This document shows, piece after piece, positions 11,430-21,389 of a stretch of DNA of 64,000 nucleotides (its first letter is position 1; the number at the start of each line of letters is the position of its first letter). The notes under the pieces are model-generated. The model ran no database searches and was not told where the DNA came from. It saw only the letters and a list, made by a program, of their open reading frames with translations. The position numbers and the translations under genes are program-made. The stretch is from an uncultured Acidobacteriota bacterium (GTDB lineage: Bacteria > Acidobacteriota > UBA6911): contig CAWHCF010000038.1 in NCBI GenBank assembly GCA_963827655.1, forward strand, positions 1 to 64,000, read 5' to 3'.

Positions 11430-12893
11430 ATGGTCCATCGCAAGTTAGTTTGGTTGTGGGTTGTGGAAGTGCTTGCCGCCGGCGTCCTGGTCGCGGACGC
11501 GCCAGCTCAGCGCTCTTCCTGGGCTGAGTGCAACCAGGCCGGCACAGAACATTACCAGCAAGGGCGCTACTCCGAGGCGGAGAAGCTCCATCTGGAAGCC
11601 GTGAGGAAAGGAGAAGAGTTCGGACCTGAAGACCCTCGCCTCGCGATCAGCTTGAACAACCTGGCATCTGTCTACCGACTCCAGGGGAGGTACGCGGAGG
11701 CGGAACCGCTTTTTCAGCGCGCGCTCAGAATCGATCAAAAGGCTCTGGGGTTGGAGCACCCGAATATAGCCACCTCGCTGAACAACATGGCCATACTCTA
11801 TGAAGCCATGGGGAAGTACGATCAAGCGGAATCGCTACAGCGGCAGGCTCTGGCAATAGACGAGAAGACCCTTGGGCCCAAGCATCGCAACCTGGCCCGA
11901 GACCTCGTCAACCTGGCTGGTGTATGTTCCACTCAGGGAAAGTATGAGGTAGCCGAATCCCTCTATCGGCGGGCCATCGCAATCCAGGAAGAAATCCTGG
12001 AACCTGATTCCCCCGACAGAGCCGTAACTCTCAACAGCCTCGCGTTACTTTACCGAAACCGCGGCAGATATCGCGAGGCGGAGCAGCTCTACCTCCGGTC
12101 AAGAACACTCATTGAGAAAACCCTGGGAGTGGAGCATCCCGTAATGGCCGCAAATCTCACAAATCTCGCGCTCCTCTACCAGGTCGAGGGGAAGTATGCA
12201 GAGTCGGAACGGCTCTTCCGCCGGGCATTGATCCTGAGTGAGAAGCCTCTAGGCCCGGAACACCCGGAGACCGCCGCCATTCTCGCCAGTCTGGCTGGAC
12301 TGCTTCAACTTCAGGGTCGATTCACGGAAGCCGAATGGCTCTACCGGAGAGCGATATCGACCATGGAGAAAGCGTTGGGACCCGAACATCCCGACGTTGC
12401 AGTCGGCCTGAATAATCTGGCGCTGCTCTACCAGAAGTTGGACAAGCCTTCAGAGGCGGAGTCGACCCTGCTCCGATCTCTTGCGATCGTTGAGAAGGCG
12501 TTCGGATTGGAGCACCCTTACGTGGCTGTCAGCCTGGACAATCTGGCCGGGTTCAAGGGTCTCCAGGGCAAGAACGTCAATGTCGAACCTCTTTATCGAC
12601 GGGCACTGGCCATCAAAGAGAAGACCCTCGGGCCCGAGCATCCCGACGTCGCCACGACTCTCAATAATCTGGCAACGGTGTACCATTCTGCGGGCAGATA
12701 TGGGGAAGCTGAGCAGCTCTTCCAGCGATCCCTCTCCGTCTTTGAGAAAGCGTTCGGGCTGGAACATCCTAGCGTGGCTACAAGCCTCAACAACCTGTCA
12801 GCCCTGTACGCGACACAGGGCAAGCACCGTGAAGCGATCACGATGCAGGAACGGGCGAATGCGATCCGCGCCAAACATAGCAGCTCGAAATAG
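11430..12893 (+). CDS. Probably secreted TPR protein (kinesin-light-chain-like 42-aa repeats)
   Basis: About 11 repeats of LGPEHPDVATxLNNLA.LY..QG.Y.EAE.L..RAL; hydrophobic N-terminus ending APA-Q. Confidence 0.85.
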   Translation: MVHRKLVWLWVVEVLAAGVLVADAPAQRSSWAECNQAGTEHYQQGRYSEAEKLHLEAVRKGEEFGPEDPRLAISLNNLASVYRLQGRYAEAEPLFQRALRIDQKALGLEHPNIATSLNNMAILYEAMGKYDQAESLQRQALAIDEKTLGPKHRNLARDLVNLAGVCSTQGKYEVAESLYRRAIAIQEEILEPDSPDRAVTLNSLALLYRNRGRYREAEQLYLRSRTLIEKTLGVEHPVMAANLTNLALLYQVEGKYAESERLFRRALILSEKPLGPEHPETAAILASLAGLLQLQGRFTEAEWLYRRAISTMEKALGPEHPDVAVGLNNLALLYQKLDKPSEAESTLLRSLAIVEKAFGLEHPYVAVSLDNLAGFKGLQGKNVNVEPLYRRALAIKEKTLGPEHPDVATTLNNLATVYHSAGRYGEAEQLFQRSLSVFEKAFGLEHPSVATSLNNLSALYATQGKHREAITMQERANAIRAKHSSSK

Positions 12894-12895
12894 TG

Positions 12896-12973
12896 GTGTT
12901 TCTTTGTGTCTTTGAGACTTGGTGGTATCGCTAGACAGCCTAACCACGAAGTCACGAAGACACGAAGAAACAT
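12896..12973. repeat. REP-like ACACGAAG family, full inverted pair
   Basis: gtgtttctttgtgtctttgagacttggtggt...aaccacgaagtcacgaagacacgaagaaacatc. Confidence 0.75.
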
Positions 12974-13031
12974 CGGCGAGAGAGCGCGCACTGGCTCCCG
13001 GTTGGCGTGACTTTCGTCGAGGTTCGCCGCG

Positions 13032-13715
13032 ATGATCCAGATAAGAAACGTTGAAAAGAACTTTCCGGCAGGCGCAGAAAAGAACTTTGCCTTGCGCGGC
13101 GTCAACCTTGAAGTGATGGAAGGGGAGTTCGTAACCATCATGGGACCATCCGGCTCGGGCAAATCGACGCTTCTCAGTATCCTCGGGATGCTTGACGGCG
13201 CGTGGAGCGGCGAGTACTACTTTCTCGGCCAGCCCGTTCACAAGTGTTCCAACAAGCAGCGCAGCGAGCTGAACAAGCGTTATATCGGCTTCGTCTTCCA
13301 GCAATTTCATTTGCTCGACGGCTTGACAATCTTCGAAAACCTCGACGTTCCGCTCTCGTATCGAGGCCTGAAAAGCGGCGAGCGCCAGGCGGCCATTGCG
13401 GAAATCCTCGATCAATTCCAGCTCTCCGGCAAGAAGTCGCTCTATCCCAGCCAGCTATCCGGCGGCATCCAGCAGCTGGTAGCCGTCGCCAGAGCGGTCG
13501 TGGGAAAGCCTAAGCTGATCCTCGCCGATGAGCCGACCGGCAACCTGCATTCTCAGCAGGGAAAAGAGATCATGGAGCTGTTCACCCGCTTGAACGGGGC
13601 AGGGACGACCATTGTCCAGGTCACCCATTCTGAGGTCAACGCCTCCTACGGACGTCGAACCATCCAGCTTTCCGACGGTGTGGTGGTGGCGGAAGAGAGG
13701 AATCCGCCGCAGTGA
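13032..13715 (+). CDS. ABC transporter ATP-binding protein (LolD/MacB-ATPase type)
   Basis: GPSGSGKST Walker A, LSGG signature, [13 protein letters not shown]. Confidence 0.9.
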   Translation: MIQIRNVEKNFPAGAEKNFALRGVNLEVMEGEFVTIMGPSGSGKSTLLSILGMLDGAWSGEYYFLGQPVHKCSNKQRSELNKRYIGFVFQQFHLLDGLTIFENLDVPLSYRGLKSGERQAAIAEILDQFQLSGKKSLYPSQLSGGIQQLVAVARAVVGKPKLILADEPTGNLHSQQGKEIMELFTRLNGAGTTIVQVTHSEVNASYGRRTIQLSDGVVVAEERNPPQ

Positions 13716-13940
13716 CGTTCCGCTGATCATCATTTCCCTCTGGTTCCTCGTTGGCTGCACGCGCAGTGTCGCTGTATTCGAGCCTCACGTCAAACCTGCT
13801 CGACCCGACAGAGGCTATCGCAAAACCACCCGATACATGTGCGGACGGGCTATAAGCCCGTGCGGCGCCCTAGTGGCACAAAAGCTTTCATTGGTCATTT
13901 CTCAATCCGGATCGGTCACCTGTCATGCTCGCTGGCAGGC

Positions 13941-14027
13941 TATACTCAGGTGACGGATCTCAGGAACATCGGCCGTGAGGGGATCGACCAGCGCACGGTG
14001 CGCCTCGGCCTCCGCCTGGGATTCTGA
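13941..14027 (+). pseudogene. C-terminal remnant of a TonB-dependent receptor
   Basis: YTQVTDLRNIGREGIDQRTVRLGLRLGF*: alternating beta strand with terminal Phe, as in acidobacterial TonB receptors. Confidence 0.5.
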
Positions 14028-14091
14028 CCTGTTAGTTTTTCTATCGCGTCTTCGTAGGCGGTTTCACAAATACAGGTGCGGTAAGCATGCT

Positions 14092-14372
14092 CTGAACCTT
14101 ACACGCATCTCATCGATCTTGGCGAATTCGCCCCGGAGGGGCGGCGGACATTAGCCCCGGGGCAAGCGAAGCGCAGCCCGGGGTTTGCGGGGTTATGTCC
14201 GCGCGCCCTGATGGGGCGCAGGAGCATTGAGGGGGAGCGTCCAGCGCCCCTCCGGGGCGCGTTCCTTTGCTTGTGTAAACCGGGGGCAACGCTTCGCTTG
14301 CCCCCGGCTAATTTCCGTCGCCCTTTCAGGGCGCCGCATTCCTACGATACCGTAATTGCGAACGCCTGTACT
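14092..14372. mobile_element. MITE/REPIN-like palindromic element, inverted copy of the 33380 element with a different far end
   Basis: Starts CTGAACCTTACACGCATCT after AGCATGCT; about 240 nt align to the reverse complement of 33435-33674; multiple GCCCCnnnGGGGC hairpins. Confidence 0.7.
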
Positions 14373-14448
14373 TTAGTGGTAATTGTTCCTTAGCTCAAAC
14401 CGCCAAGACACGAGTAGAATGAGGTTTTGTCGAAAACTGAGGAGGCCC

Positions 14449-15480
14449 ATGAAAAAACTAATTCTTGTTCTGGTTTTCTCGCTTTGCATTGCACTCCCAA
14501 TTTGGGGACAGGTGAAGCTCACAGCGGGACCCGAAGAGATCGCGGTCGAGATTGATGGAAAGCCATTCACGGTTTTCTACATCGCCGGCAAAGATCTGAA
14601 TCGGCCCTATCTCAATCCACTCCGTTCGGCTTCCGGGAAGGTTGTAACGCGGTCGTATCCTGCGGGCCAGATAGCGGGAGAGAGCACGGACCATCCGCAC
14701 CATGCAGGCCTCTTCTACGGGCACGGCGATGTCAACGGCTACAACTACTGGGCCATACAAAACGGCCCGGCGGAGGCCTCTCGCGGTAGCGACAAGAGAG
14801 GACGCATCGTTCTCAAGGAATTGGTCTCTGTGAAAAGTGGGAAAGAGTCGGGTTCGATTGACGCTGTTTTAAACTGGCTGATGCCGGATGGCAAGCCGAT
14901 TTTGACTGAAACGCGGAAGATGACCTTCTACTCGAACCCCGAGCTCCGCATCATCGATTTCGCCTTCGATTTCGCCGCCATCGAGAAGGCTGTCTTCCGT
15001 GACACCAAGGAAGGTACCTTCGCCATGCGCATGGCTACGGTACTCGAGGAGCGGCAAGGCAAGTCAAAGACAGATGGGCCTTCGAAAGCGGGCAAATTGG
15101 CCAACGCTCAGGGCGGCGAGCACGAGGAGAATGTGTGGGGCAAGCGATCGGAATGGGTGGACTATTCCGGTCAACTGGATGGTGAAAAAGTGGGCGTGGT
15201 GATCATGGATCACCCCGGCAATCCGAGGCATCCCACGTACTGGCATTCCCGCGCCTACGGGCTGCATTCCGTAAACCCGTTTGGCGTGAGCGATTTTCTT
15301 AACGATAAGACAAAGGACGGGAGCATGACGATCGCGCCGGGCGAGCATGTCCGGTTCCATTACCGCGTGATCATCCATCCTGGCGCGCCCGGAACCAGGA
15401 TCGCAGAGCTTTACAAGCAGTACGCCCAGACCAAACAGGCGAAATCGGGCGAAACAGCCTTGATAAAGGAGAAACCATGA
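14449..15480 (+). CDS. Secreted DUF6807 (so-called PmoA family) protein
   Basis: GAGGAGG RBS, signal peptide, DHPHH.GLF, W.DYSG, DHP.NP...WH.R.YG motifs. Confidence 0.75.
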   Translation: MKKLILVLVFSLCIALPIWGQVKLTAGPEEIAVEIDGKPFTVFYIAGKDLNRPYLNPLRSASGKVVTRSYPAGQIAGESTDHPHHAGLFYGHGDVNGYNYWAIQNGPAEASRGSDKRGRIVLKELVSVKSGKESGSIDAVLNWLMPDGKPILTETRKMTFYSNPELRIIDFAFDFAAIEKAVFRDTKEGTFAMRMATVLEERQGKSKTDGPSKAGKLANAQGGEHEENVWGKRSEWVDYSGQLDGEKVGVVIMDHPGNPRHPTYWHSRAYGLHSVNPFGVSDFLNDKTKDGSMTIAPGEHVRFHYRVIIHPGAPGTRIAELYKQYAQTKQAKSGETALIKEKP

Positions 15481-16811
15481 ATGACATGCATCGAAGGAGC
15501 TTCCTGGTGAGCGCGGTGACTTTGCCGGCGGCGCTTCGCGCCAGCGCGCTGCCCAGCGCGAACAACACCGTCAGGGTGGCCGTTGTAGGGTTCAGGGCTC
15601 AAGGCCAGACTCACATCAAGTCCTACTTGAATGTCCCGAACGTCGAGATCGCAGCCCTCTGCGATGTCGATGAAGCCGTGCTGGAAAAGGGATGCAAGAT
15701 GGTGGAGGAGGCGGGCAAGAAGCGCCCGGCCACTTTCTTCGACATGCGGAAGTTGCTCGAAGACAAAACTATCGATGCCGTTTCCATCGCCACGCCCAAC
15801 TTCCAGCACACCTTGCAGACCATCTGGGCCTGCCAGGCAGGGAAGGATGTCTACGTCGAGAAGCCATGCTCGTACAACATGTTCGAAACGAAGCAGATCG
15901 TCGCGGCGGCGCGCAAGTACGATCGCATCGTACAGCACGGCACCGGAGCCGGGGCTTCGCTCCACGAGGCGAAACAGAAGATGAAAGAGGGAGTGATCGG
16001 GGATGTTTATATGGCGCGCGGCCTCTGCTACAAGTGGCGCGACACCATTGGGCATGCCAAGGAAGAACCCGTGCCTTCCGGGGTCCACTACGATTTGTGG
16101 ATTGGGCCGGCCCCGGTCAAGCCTTTCACGCGCAACCGATTCCACTACAACTGGCATTGGCAGTGGGACTATGGCAACGGCGACATCGGCAACCAGGGCA
16201 TCCACCAGATGCACGCGGCCCGCTGGGCGCTCGGCGTGAAGTATCCGACCAAGATCAGCTCCATGGGCGGGCATTACATGTTTGACGACGATCAGGAAAC
16301 TCCCAATACCCAGGTCGCCAATTTCGAATTCGAGGAGGCCGGCAAGAAGAAGCTTCTGGTGTTCGAGGTGCGCCACTGGATCAGCAATAACGAAGCAGGC
16401 ATCGGCGGGATATCGGATCCTGAGGCGGGGCCCGCGGCAGGGGCGAGGCAGACCGTCGGCAACATCTGGTATGGCTCGAAGGGATATCTCACGACGGGTC
16501 GGAGCGGATGGCAGACCTTTTTAGGCCAGGAACAAGCGCCCGGTCCAAAATCGGAAGCGGGCAGGGGAACCAGCCCATTCGCCAACTTCGCCGATGTGGT
16601 GCGCAGTCGAAAACGTGAAGACTTGCTCGCTGAGATCGAGGAAGGTGCGATATCGACCACGCTCGTACATCTGGCCAACATTTCCTACCGGGTGGGGCGC
16701 ACGTTGTATTTCGATCCGGTTACCTATAGTTGCAAGGGTGACGCGGAGGCGAACGCGATGTTCACCCGCAAGCAATACCGGTCTCCGTTCACCGTCCCGA
16801 AGCTCGCGTAG
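15477..16811 (+). CDS. Tat-exported Gfo/Idh/MocA oxidoreductase
   Basis: HRRSFL Tat motif, DAVSIATP, GKDVYVEKP, YDLWIGPAP, WHWQWDYGNGDIGNQGIH. Confidence 0.9.
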   Translation: MNDMHRRSFLVSAVTLPAALRASALPSANNTVRVAVVGFRAQGQTHIKSYLNVPNVEIAALCDVDEAVLEKGCKMVEEAGKKRPATFFDMRKLLEDKTIDAVSIATPNFQHTLQTIWACQAGKDVYVEKPCSYNMFETKQIVAAARKYDRIVQHGTGAGASLHEAKQKMKEGVIGDVYMARGLCYKWRDTIGHAKEEPVPSGVHYDLWIGPAPVKPFTRNRFHYNWHWQWDYGNGDIGNQGIHQMHAARWALGVKYPTKISSMGGHYMFDDDQETPNTQVANFEFEEAGKKKLLVFEVRHWISNNEAGIGGISDPEAGPAAGARQTVGNIWYGSKGYLTTGRSGWQTFLGQEQAPGPKSEAGRGTSPFANFADVVRSRKREDLLAEIEEGAISTTLVHLANISYRVGRTLYFDPVTYSCKGDAEANAMFTRKQYRSPFTVPKLA

Positions 16812-16850
16812 GGTGGGCGTGAGTCGATTGGGGGAGACACCTGACCTGTC

Positions 16851-19501
16851 TCAGAGCATCCATAACTCTGGTCGGAGTAGCTGCTTGACCTTATGCAGCA
16901 GGATGCGACCGATCATCTGGCGGCCAAAGTCGATGCGCGCGAAGGCCGTCATTCCAGGTCGCAGCAGGCCATCACTGTTCTCGATTATCAGCTCGACACG
17001 GTAGGTTCGCTGACCGTATTGGTCTTGTTCGCTCTCACCGCTCATCTTAGAGACCCGGCCCCGGAAGCGCCGATCGGGGAAAGAGGCAGTCTTCAGGCGC
17101 ACGGGATAACCGACCCGCACGTCACCGATCTGCCGCTCTGATACCTGAATGCGAACGAGCAAGCGGGTAGTGTCGGCGACGCGGCAGATTTCCTCGCCCT
17201 TCTGAAAGTATTGCCCGAGCATGCGCGGCAAATCTTCCCCGAAAACCGTGCCCTTCCGGGACGTCGTCAGCTCAAACTGCGCGCGTTTGCGCTGGAGCAG
17301 AATGCGACGCTGTTCAAGCGTGTCGAGTAGCGCCCGCGTGGAACGTAGCTCGCCTTCGAGATTCTCAACCTGTTGGGTCTCGGCACTGAAATCCGAGCGC
17401 GCCAGGTGCATTTCCGTCCCTATACTCGTGTGCTTCCGTCGATGCTCTACGAGGGCCGCTTCGAGCCGTTCGCGCGCGGCCTCCAGTTCAGCCGTGAGAG
17501 TCGAGGAACGCGTCTCGGCTGTGTCGAGCTCGCTGCGCGGCAGGAGGCCTTCACCGAAGAGTTGCCGGGCACGCCTGAGCTGAGCGTCGGATTCCCCGAG
17601 CTGCGCTCGGCGCAGCTCAACATCAGCTTGCAAGACGGCAATAGCGGCCGGGTAGGACGTTGCGGCTCTACTGAGCAGGTTATTCGATGCCGGCAAAGCA
17701 GTCGGTGAGAACGAGGCGGTTATCACCCGTGCCGTGTCTACATTCGACTCGGGAAGCCGGGGTTGGTTGATCTGACGCTGCTCGGCATCGATTTCTTCGT
17801 ACTCATACCGGCGCTGGCGCAGTTGTGCTTCGGCGCGGACAGTTAATTCCCCTCGCACGCGCAGCTCACCGAGCAACCGATCGTATTGGGCTTTGGCGCG
17901 CACCAGCTCGGATTGCACTTGCACGATCTGCTCATCAAGTTCGAGGTTGCCTAGCCGCCCCACTATTGAGCCGTCCACGACGAAGTCACCCGGCTGCGTG
18001 CGCAGCTCGACGAGCGTTGCGCTTTCAGGCGCGCGGATGATCGCCTCCTGACCCGGGAATGGCGATGAGGGTGCCGTAGCTTCCGACGGAAGCCTCCCAG
18101 GGCATCAGCAATGCGCCGATTGCCAGCAAGAAGATGGTTAGGGGCACGAGGTGTCGGCGCCACCGCGGTCGTTTCGTAGCACGTTCGCTTGTTTTTCCCC
18201 TTTCACTGCTCGCTGCTCCTTGATTATTAGTCTCCATGATGGCCTCCGATTTTGACGCAAGCTGCCGATTGACTACCATCCTCCAGAATTTGACAATCGT
18301 CGACGCTGTTGTAGTGATCATCTGCTCGAGCGGTCCGCGGATGAAAATGAGCCCCACTCCAGCGGTGAGCAGCAAGCCCAGGAGGTGAAGTGAATCGATC
18401 AGGTATCCGCCGACATAACAGATGAGGACGATGATCAGCCCCACCGTAAAGAGGGTAGAAAGAAACCCGAAGATGGCATACGTCGTGCGTTCGCGCCTGC
18501 TGTACTGCGCCGCTGCTTGCGTCGCGCTCGCCGGTAGACAACGCGCCGCCACAAGCCACGCCAGTAAGCCCGCGAGCGGGCCATTAAATTGGGCAGGCGC
18601 AGAGCCTGGCTTAGAAAGTAATAACCATCGAGTTTGATGAGCGGGTTCGCATTGAAGGCGACGTTCACGACACTGCCGAGAAAAAAGAGGAAAGCAAGCT
18701 CTGAGATGAGTGTGTGAGGCGCGACCGCAAACCAGGTGAGCAGCGCAGCGGTGCCGACGAGCAGCTGCCAGTAGACACCGGCCAGGATCACCCACAGCCG
18801 CCGCCGTACCTGCGGGATGAGGTGGAGGCCTGACACATTGCAATAGAGCGCGGGCAAGAAATAGAAGACCATCAGGACGCCAACCTCGGTCGAACGCCCT
18901 CCGAAGGCTTTGCAGGTCAACCCGTGCGCGAACTCGTGTGAGAAGACCACGAGGGTTCCGGCAAGGAATACGGCGACAAAGTGTTCGCGCAGCACGATAC
19001 GCGCCGTAGCTCGTCACTTCGGCCCAATCCCTGAGACGACAGCAGAAGCGCTAACAGCATCAGCAAAAGGGTGGTGACGACAAATCCCGGCGTCCAGACC
19101 CAGCGCAAGAGCGGAACCATCCGCGCGAAGAGGCGGTCCGGGTTGAAGAGCTTGAAACGGACGTAGAACTGACGGCCGTGGCCGATCTGGCTGGCCTGGC
19201 CTTTGGGTGCGCTCCCCGGCAAGAACGCCGATCTCATCCAGCTCGGGCCAGAAACTTGTGGAGTGCCGCAAGGGAGAGCCTGCCGCCATGCTTTTGCCTG
19301 AATTCGTCGCAGAGTGCCGTGGGAGCGAGAGACTCGCCGAGCAACTGCAATACACTAATGCTCGGTCGGATGTAACAGGACGTAGCGGCCGACGGCAGCC
19401 GAGCCGACGATGTAAACCAGTCGTTCGCCATCACGCTGCTCGGTGACCTCCACGTCGGAGGCGATCTGTGGCGGATAAGCGCAATAGTCGCCCTTAAACA
19501 T
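16851..19501 (-). CDS. Fused PqqD/RRE-like domain + site-2 (M50) Zn metalloprotease + HlyD-type periplasmic adaptor (several indels)
   Basis: [34 protein letters not shown]...ELDEIGVL N-domain; FNPDRLF; SHEFAHGLTCK.FGG...E.GV; NANPLIKLDGYY; then TM, coiled coil and RGRVSKMS...LRPGMTAFARIDFG; ORF 18025-19017 reads from the protease C-terminus into the adaptor N-terminus without a stop. Confidence 0.8.
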
Positions 19502-20759
19502 TGCCTGCTTCCTTGGGGCACAGGGGAGCGGGGTTAATGCCGGACACTCCTTTATCTCCCCGGTGGCTCTGCTCCCTTGCCGCGCCTCTGGCGCGAGCTT
19601 CCAGTTCAAGCGCTTCAGGCATGCGGTTAGTTTTTCTGAGCAGGCGCGCGTAATTCTCGAGACAGGTGATGATCTTGGGGTGACCCGGCTCGAGCGCTTG
19701 CTCGAAGATCAAGAGCGCCTGCTGATAAAGTGAGGCCGCCTCTTGATGCCTCCCTCTGAGATTTAAGAAGCACGGCCAGGTTATTAAGCGTCATGGCGAC
19801 GTCCGGGTGGGCAGGCCCAAGGAGCTTCTCCTTAATCGTGAGAGCTCGCCGGTAGAGCGCCTCGGCCTCTGAGCTTTCGCCCCTGGCCTGATGGAGCGCT
19901 GCCAGGTTGTTCAAGGTTGACGGCGATCTCGTAGTGCTCCGGGCCGAGAACGCGCTCGAAGGTAGCAAGCGCGCGCCGGTACAATGGCTCTGCTTCATCG
20001 TGCTTGCCTTGGCCATCCAAGAGGGCTGCCAATGCGGCAATATCGGCGGCGACGTCCAGATGATCCGGGCCAAGCGCCTTCTCCCGAATCTCCACGGAGC
20101 GCCGGGCAAAAGGCTCGCCCTCAGCATAGCGGCCGCGCGCGTGCTCGAGCCCGCCGAGGTTGTGGTAGATGGTCGCTGCTTGTTGATGATTAGAACCGAG
20201 AACCTTCTCGGTGATCGCCAATGCCCGCCGGTAGAGCTGCTCGGCGTCATCGAAGCGGCCCATGTACTTGTAGAGCACTGCCAGATTGTTGAGGACTGTC
20301 GATACTTCAAGATGCTCGGCGCCAAAGACTTTCTCGGCAAGCTCGAGCGACCGTCGAAAGAGGGCTTCTGCCTCTTGATAACGTCCTCGAGCGCGGTAGA
20401 TCCCGGCCAGGTTACGGAGCGACCGCACGTGGAGCTTCTGCACTGCGACTCTTTCTCCCGCCCCTTCTAGAATCCTGACCGAGCGCTGATAAAACTGCTG
20501 GGCCTTGGCGTATTCGCCCTGATCTTCGTAGGTTCTCGCCAGGCTGTTGAGCAGAGGGACGAGATGGAAGTGGTTTGGTCCGACTGCTCTCTCCAAGAGT
20601 CGCTGCGCCTGAAGGTATAAAGATTCGGCCTTCCGATGCTTGCCTTGAATGCGACAGGCAAGAGCGCGACTACGGAGATGGCGCACGACTTCTGCTGGAT
20701 TCAGATTCGGCGCCTTCTCCGCAGTCTTTGAGATTTGTCTGGAAGTTGTTCATCGACAT
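19494..20759 (-). CDS. TPR-only protein (42-aa repeats; indels)
   Basis: Repeats such as [36 protein letters not shown] across ORFs 19832-20686, 19627-20340 and 19494-19712; stop overlaps the next ATG. Confidence 0.8.
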
Positions 20760-20794
20760 CAACCACAAGTTGATGATCCTCCAGTTTTCAACCG

Positions 20795-20821
20795 GAAGAA
20801 CTGGTCGCTCGACCAGTCTTC
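20795..20821 (-). terminator. Stem-loop just downstream of the repeat precursor gene
   Basis: GAAGAACTGGTC-GCTC-GACCAGTCTTC inverted repeat; no clear U tract, so it may be a stabiliser or partial terminator. Confidence 0.45.
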
Positions 20822-20834
20822 AGTGAACGAAAAT

Positions 20835-21389
20835 AGCCGGGGGAGGTGGCTACGCCAGGGGGCGACCACCTCTTCCGACTCATCAATACTCAGTCGATCT
20901 CTGCGATGTCGTTCACGAGCATTTCGTTATGGTTCCAGGCAATGCCTGAGCGATCACTTCCTCCAACTCTTCGATACTCAATTCGATCTCGGCGTGTCGC
21001 TGACGAGCGTTTCGTTGTGGTTATAATGCCGGGAGCGATCACTTCCTCCAGCTCTTCGACACTCAATTCGATCTCTGCGATGTCGCTGACGAGCGTTTCG
21101 TTGTGGTTGGTAATGCCTGGAGCGATCACTTCCTCCAGCTCTTCGATGCTCAGTTCGATCTCTCGATGTCGCTGATAAGCGTCTCGTTGTGGTTCAAGTC
21201 AAGGCCTGGAGCGATCACTTCCTCCAGCTCTTCGACCCTCAGTTCAATCTCTCTGGTGTCGCTGATAAGCATCTCGTTGTGGTTCAAGGCAATGCCTGGA
21301 GCGATCACTTCCTCCAGCTCTTCGATGCTCAGTTCAATCTCAACTGCCATCACGTTTTCCTTCTCGTCTCTGTTAACCTGTGTATTCAT
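20835..21389 (-). CDS. Multi-unit (tandem core) peptide precursor; 3' end approximate because of indels
   Basis: AGGAG RBS; MNTQVNRDEKENVMAV then units EIELSIEELEEVIAPG-IAL-NHNEMLISDTR / -LDL-NHNETLISDIA / -IT-NHNETLVSDIA / -I?-NHNETLVSD.A / -IAW-NHNEMLVNDIA / EIxLSIDExEEVVAPG-VATSPG after correcting single-base indels. Confidence 0.75.
20853..21341 (-). repeat. Six tandem ~90-nt coding repeats
   Basis: gcgatcacttcctcc anchor at 21301, 21211, 21122, 21035 and 20950, with a variant gcgaccacctcttcc at 20862. Confidence 0.9.

Noticed and set aside
14449-15480. Particulate methane monooxygenase subunit
   Set aside because: Soluble secreted DUF6807-type protein with no TM helices and no pmoB/pmoC; the PmoA family label is a misnomer.
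20853-21341. Tandem repeats as a CRISPR array
   Set aside because: Units are ~90 nt and nearly fully conserved with no unique spacers, vary in a codon-structured way, follow an RBS/ATG, and no cas genes are present.
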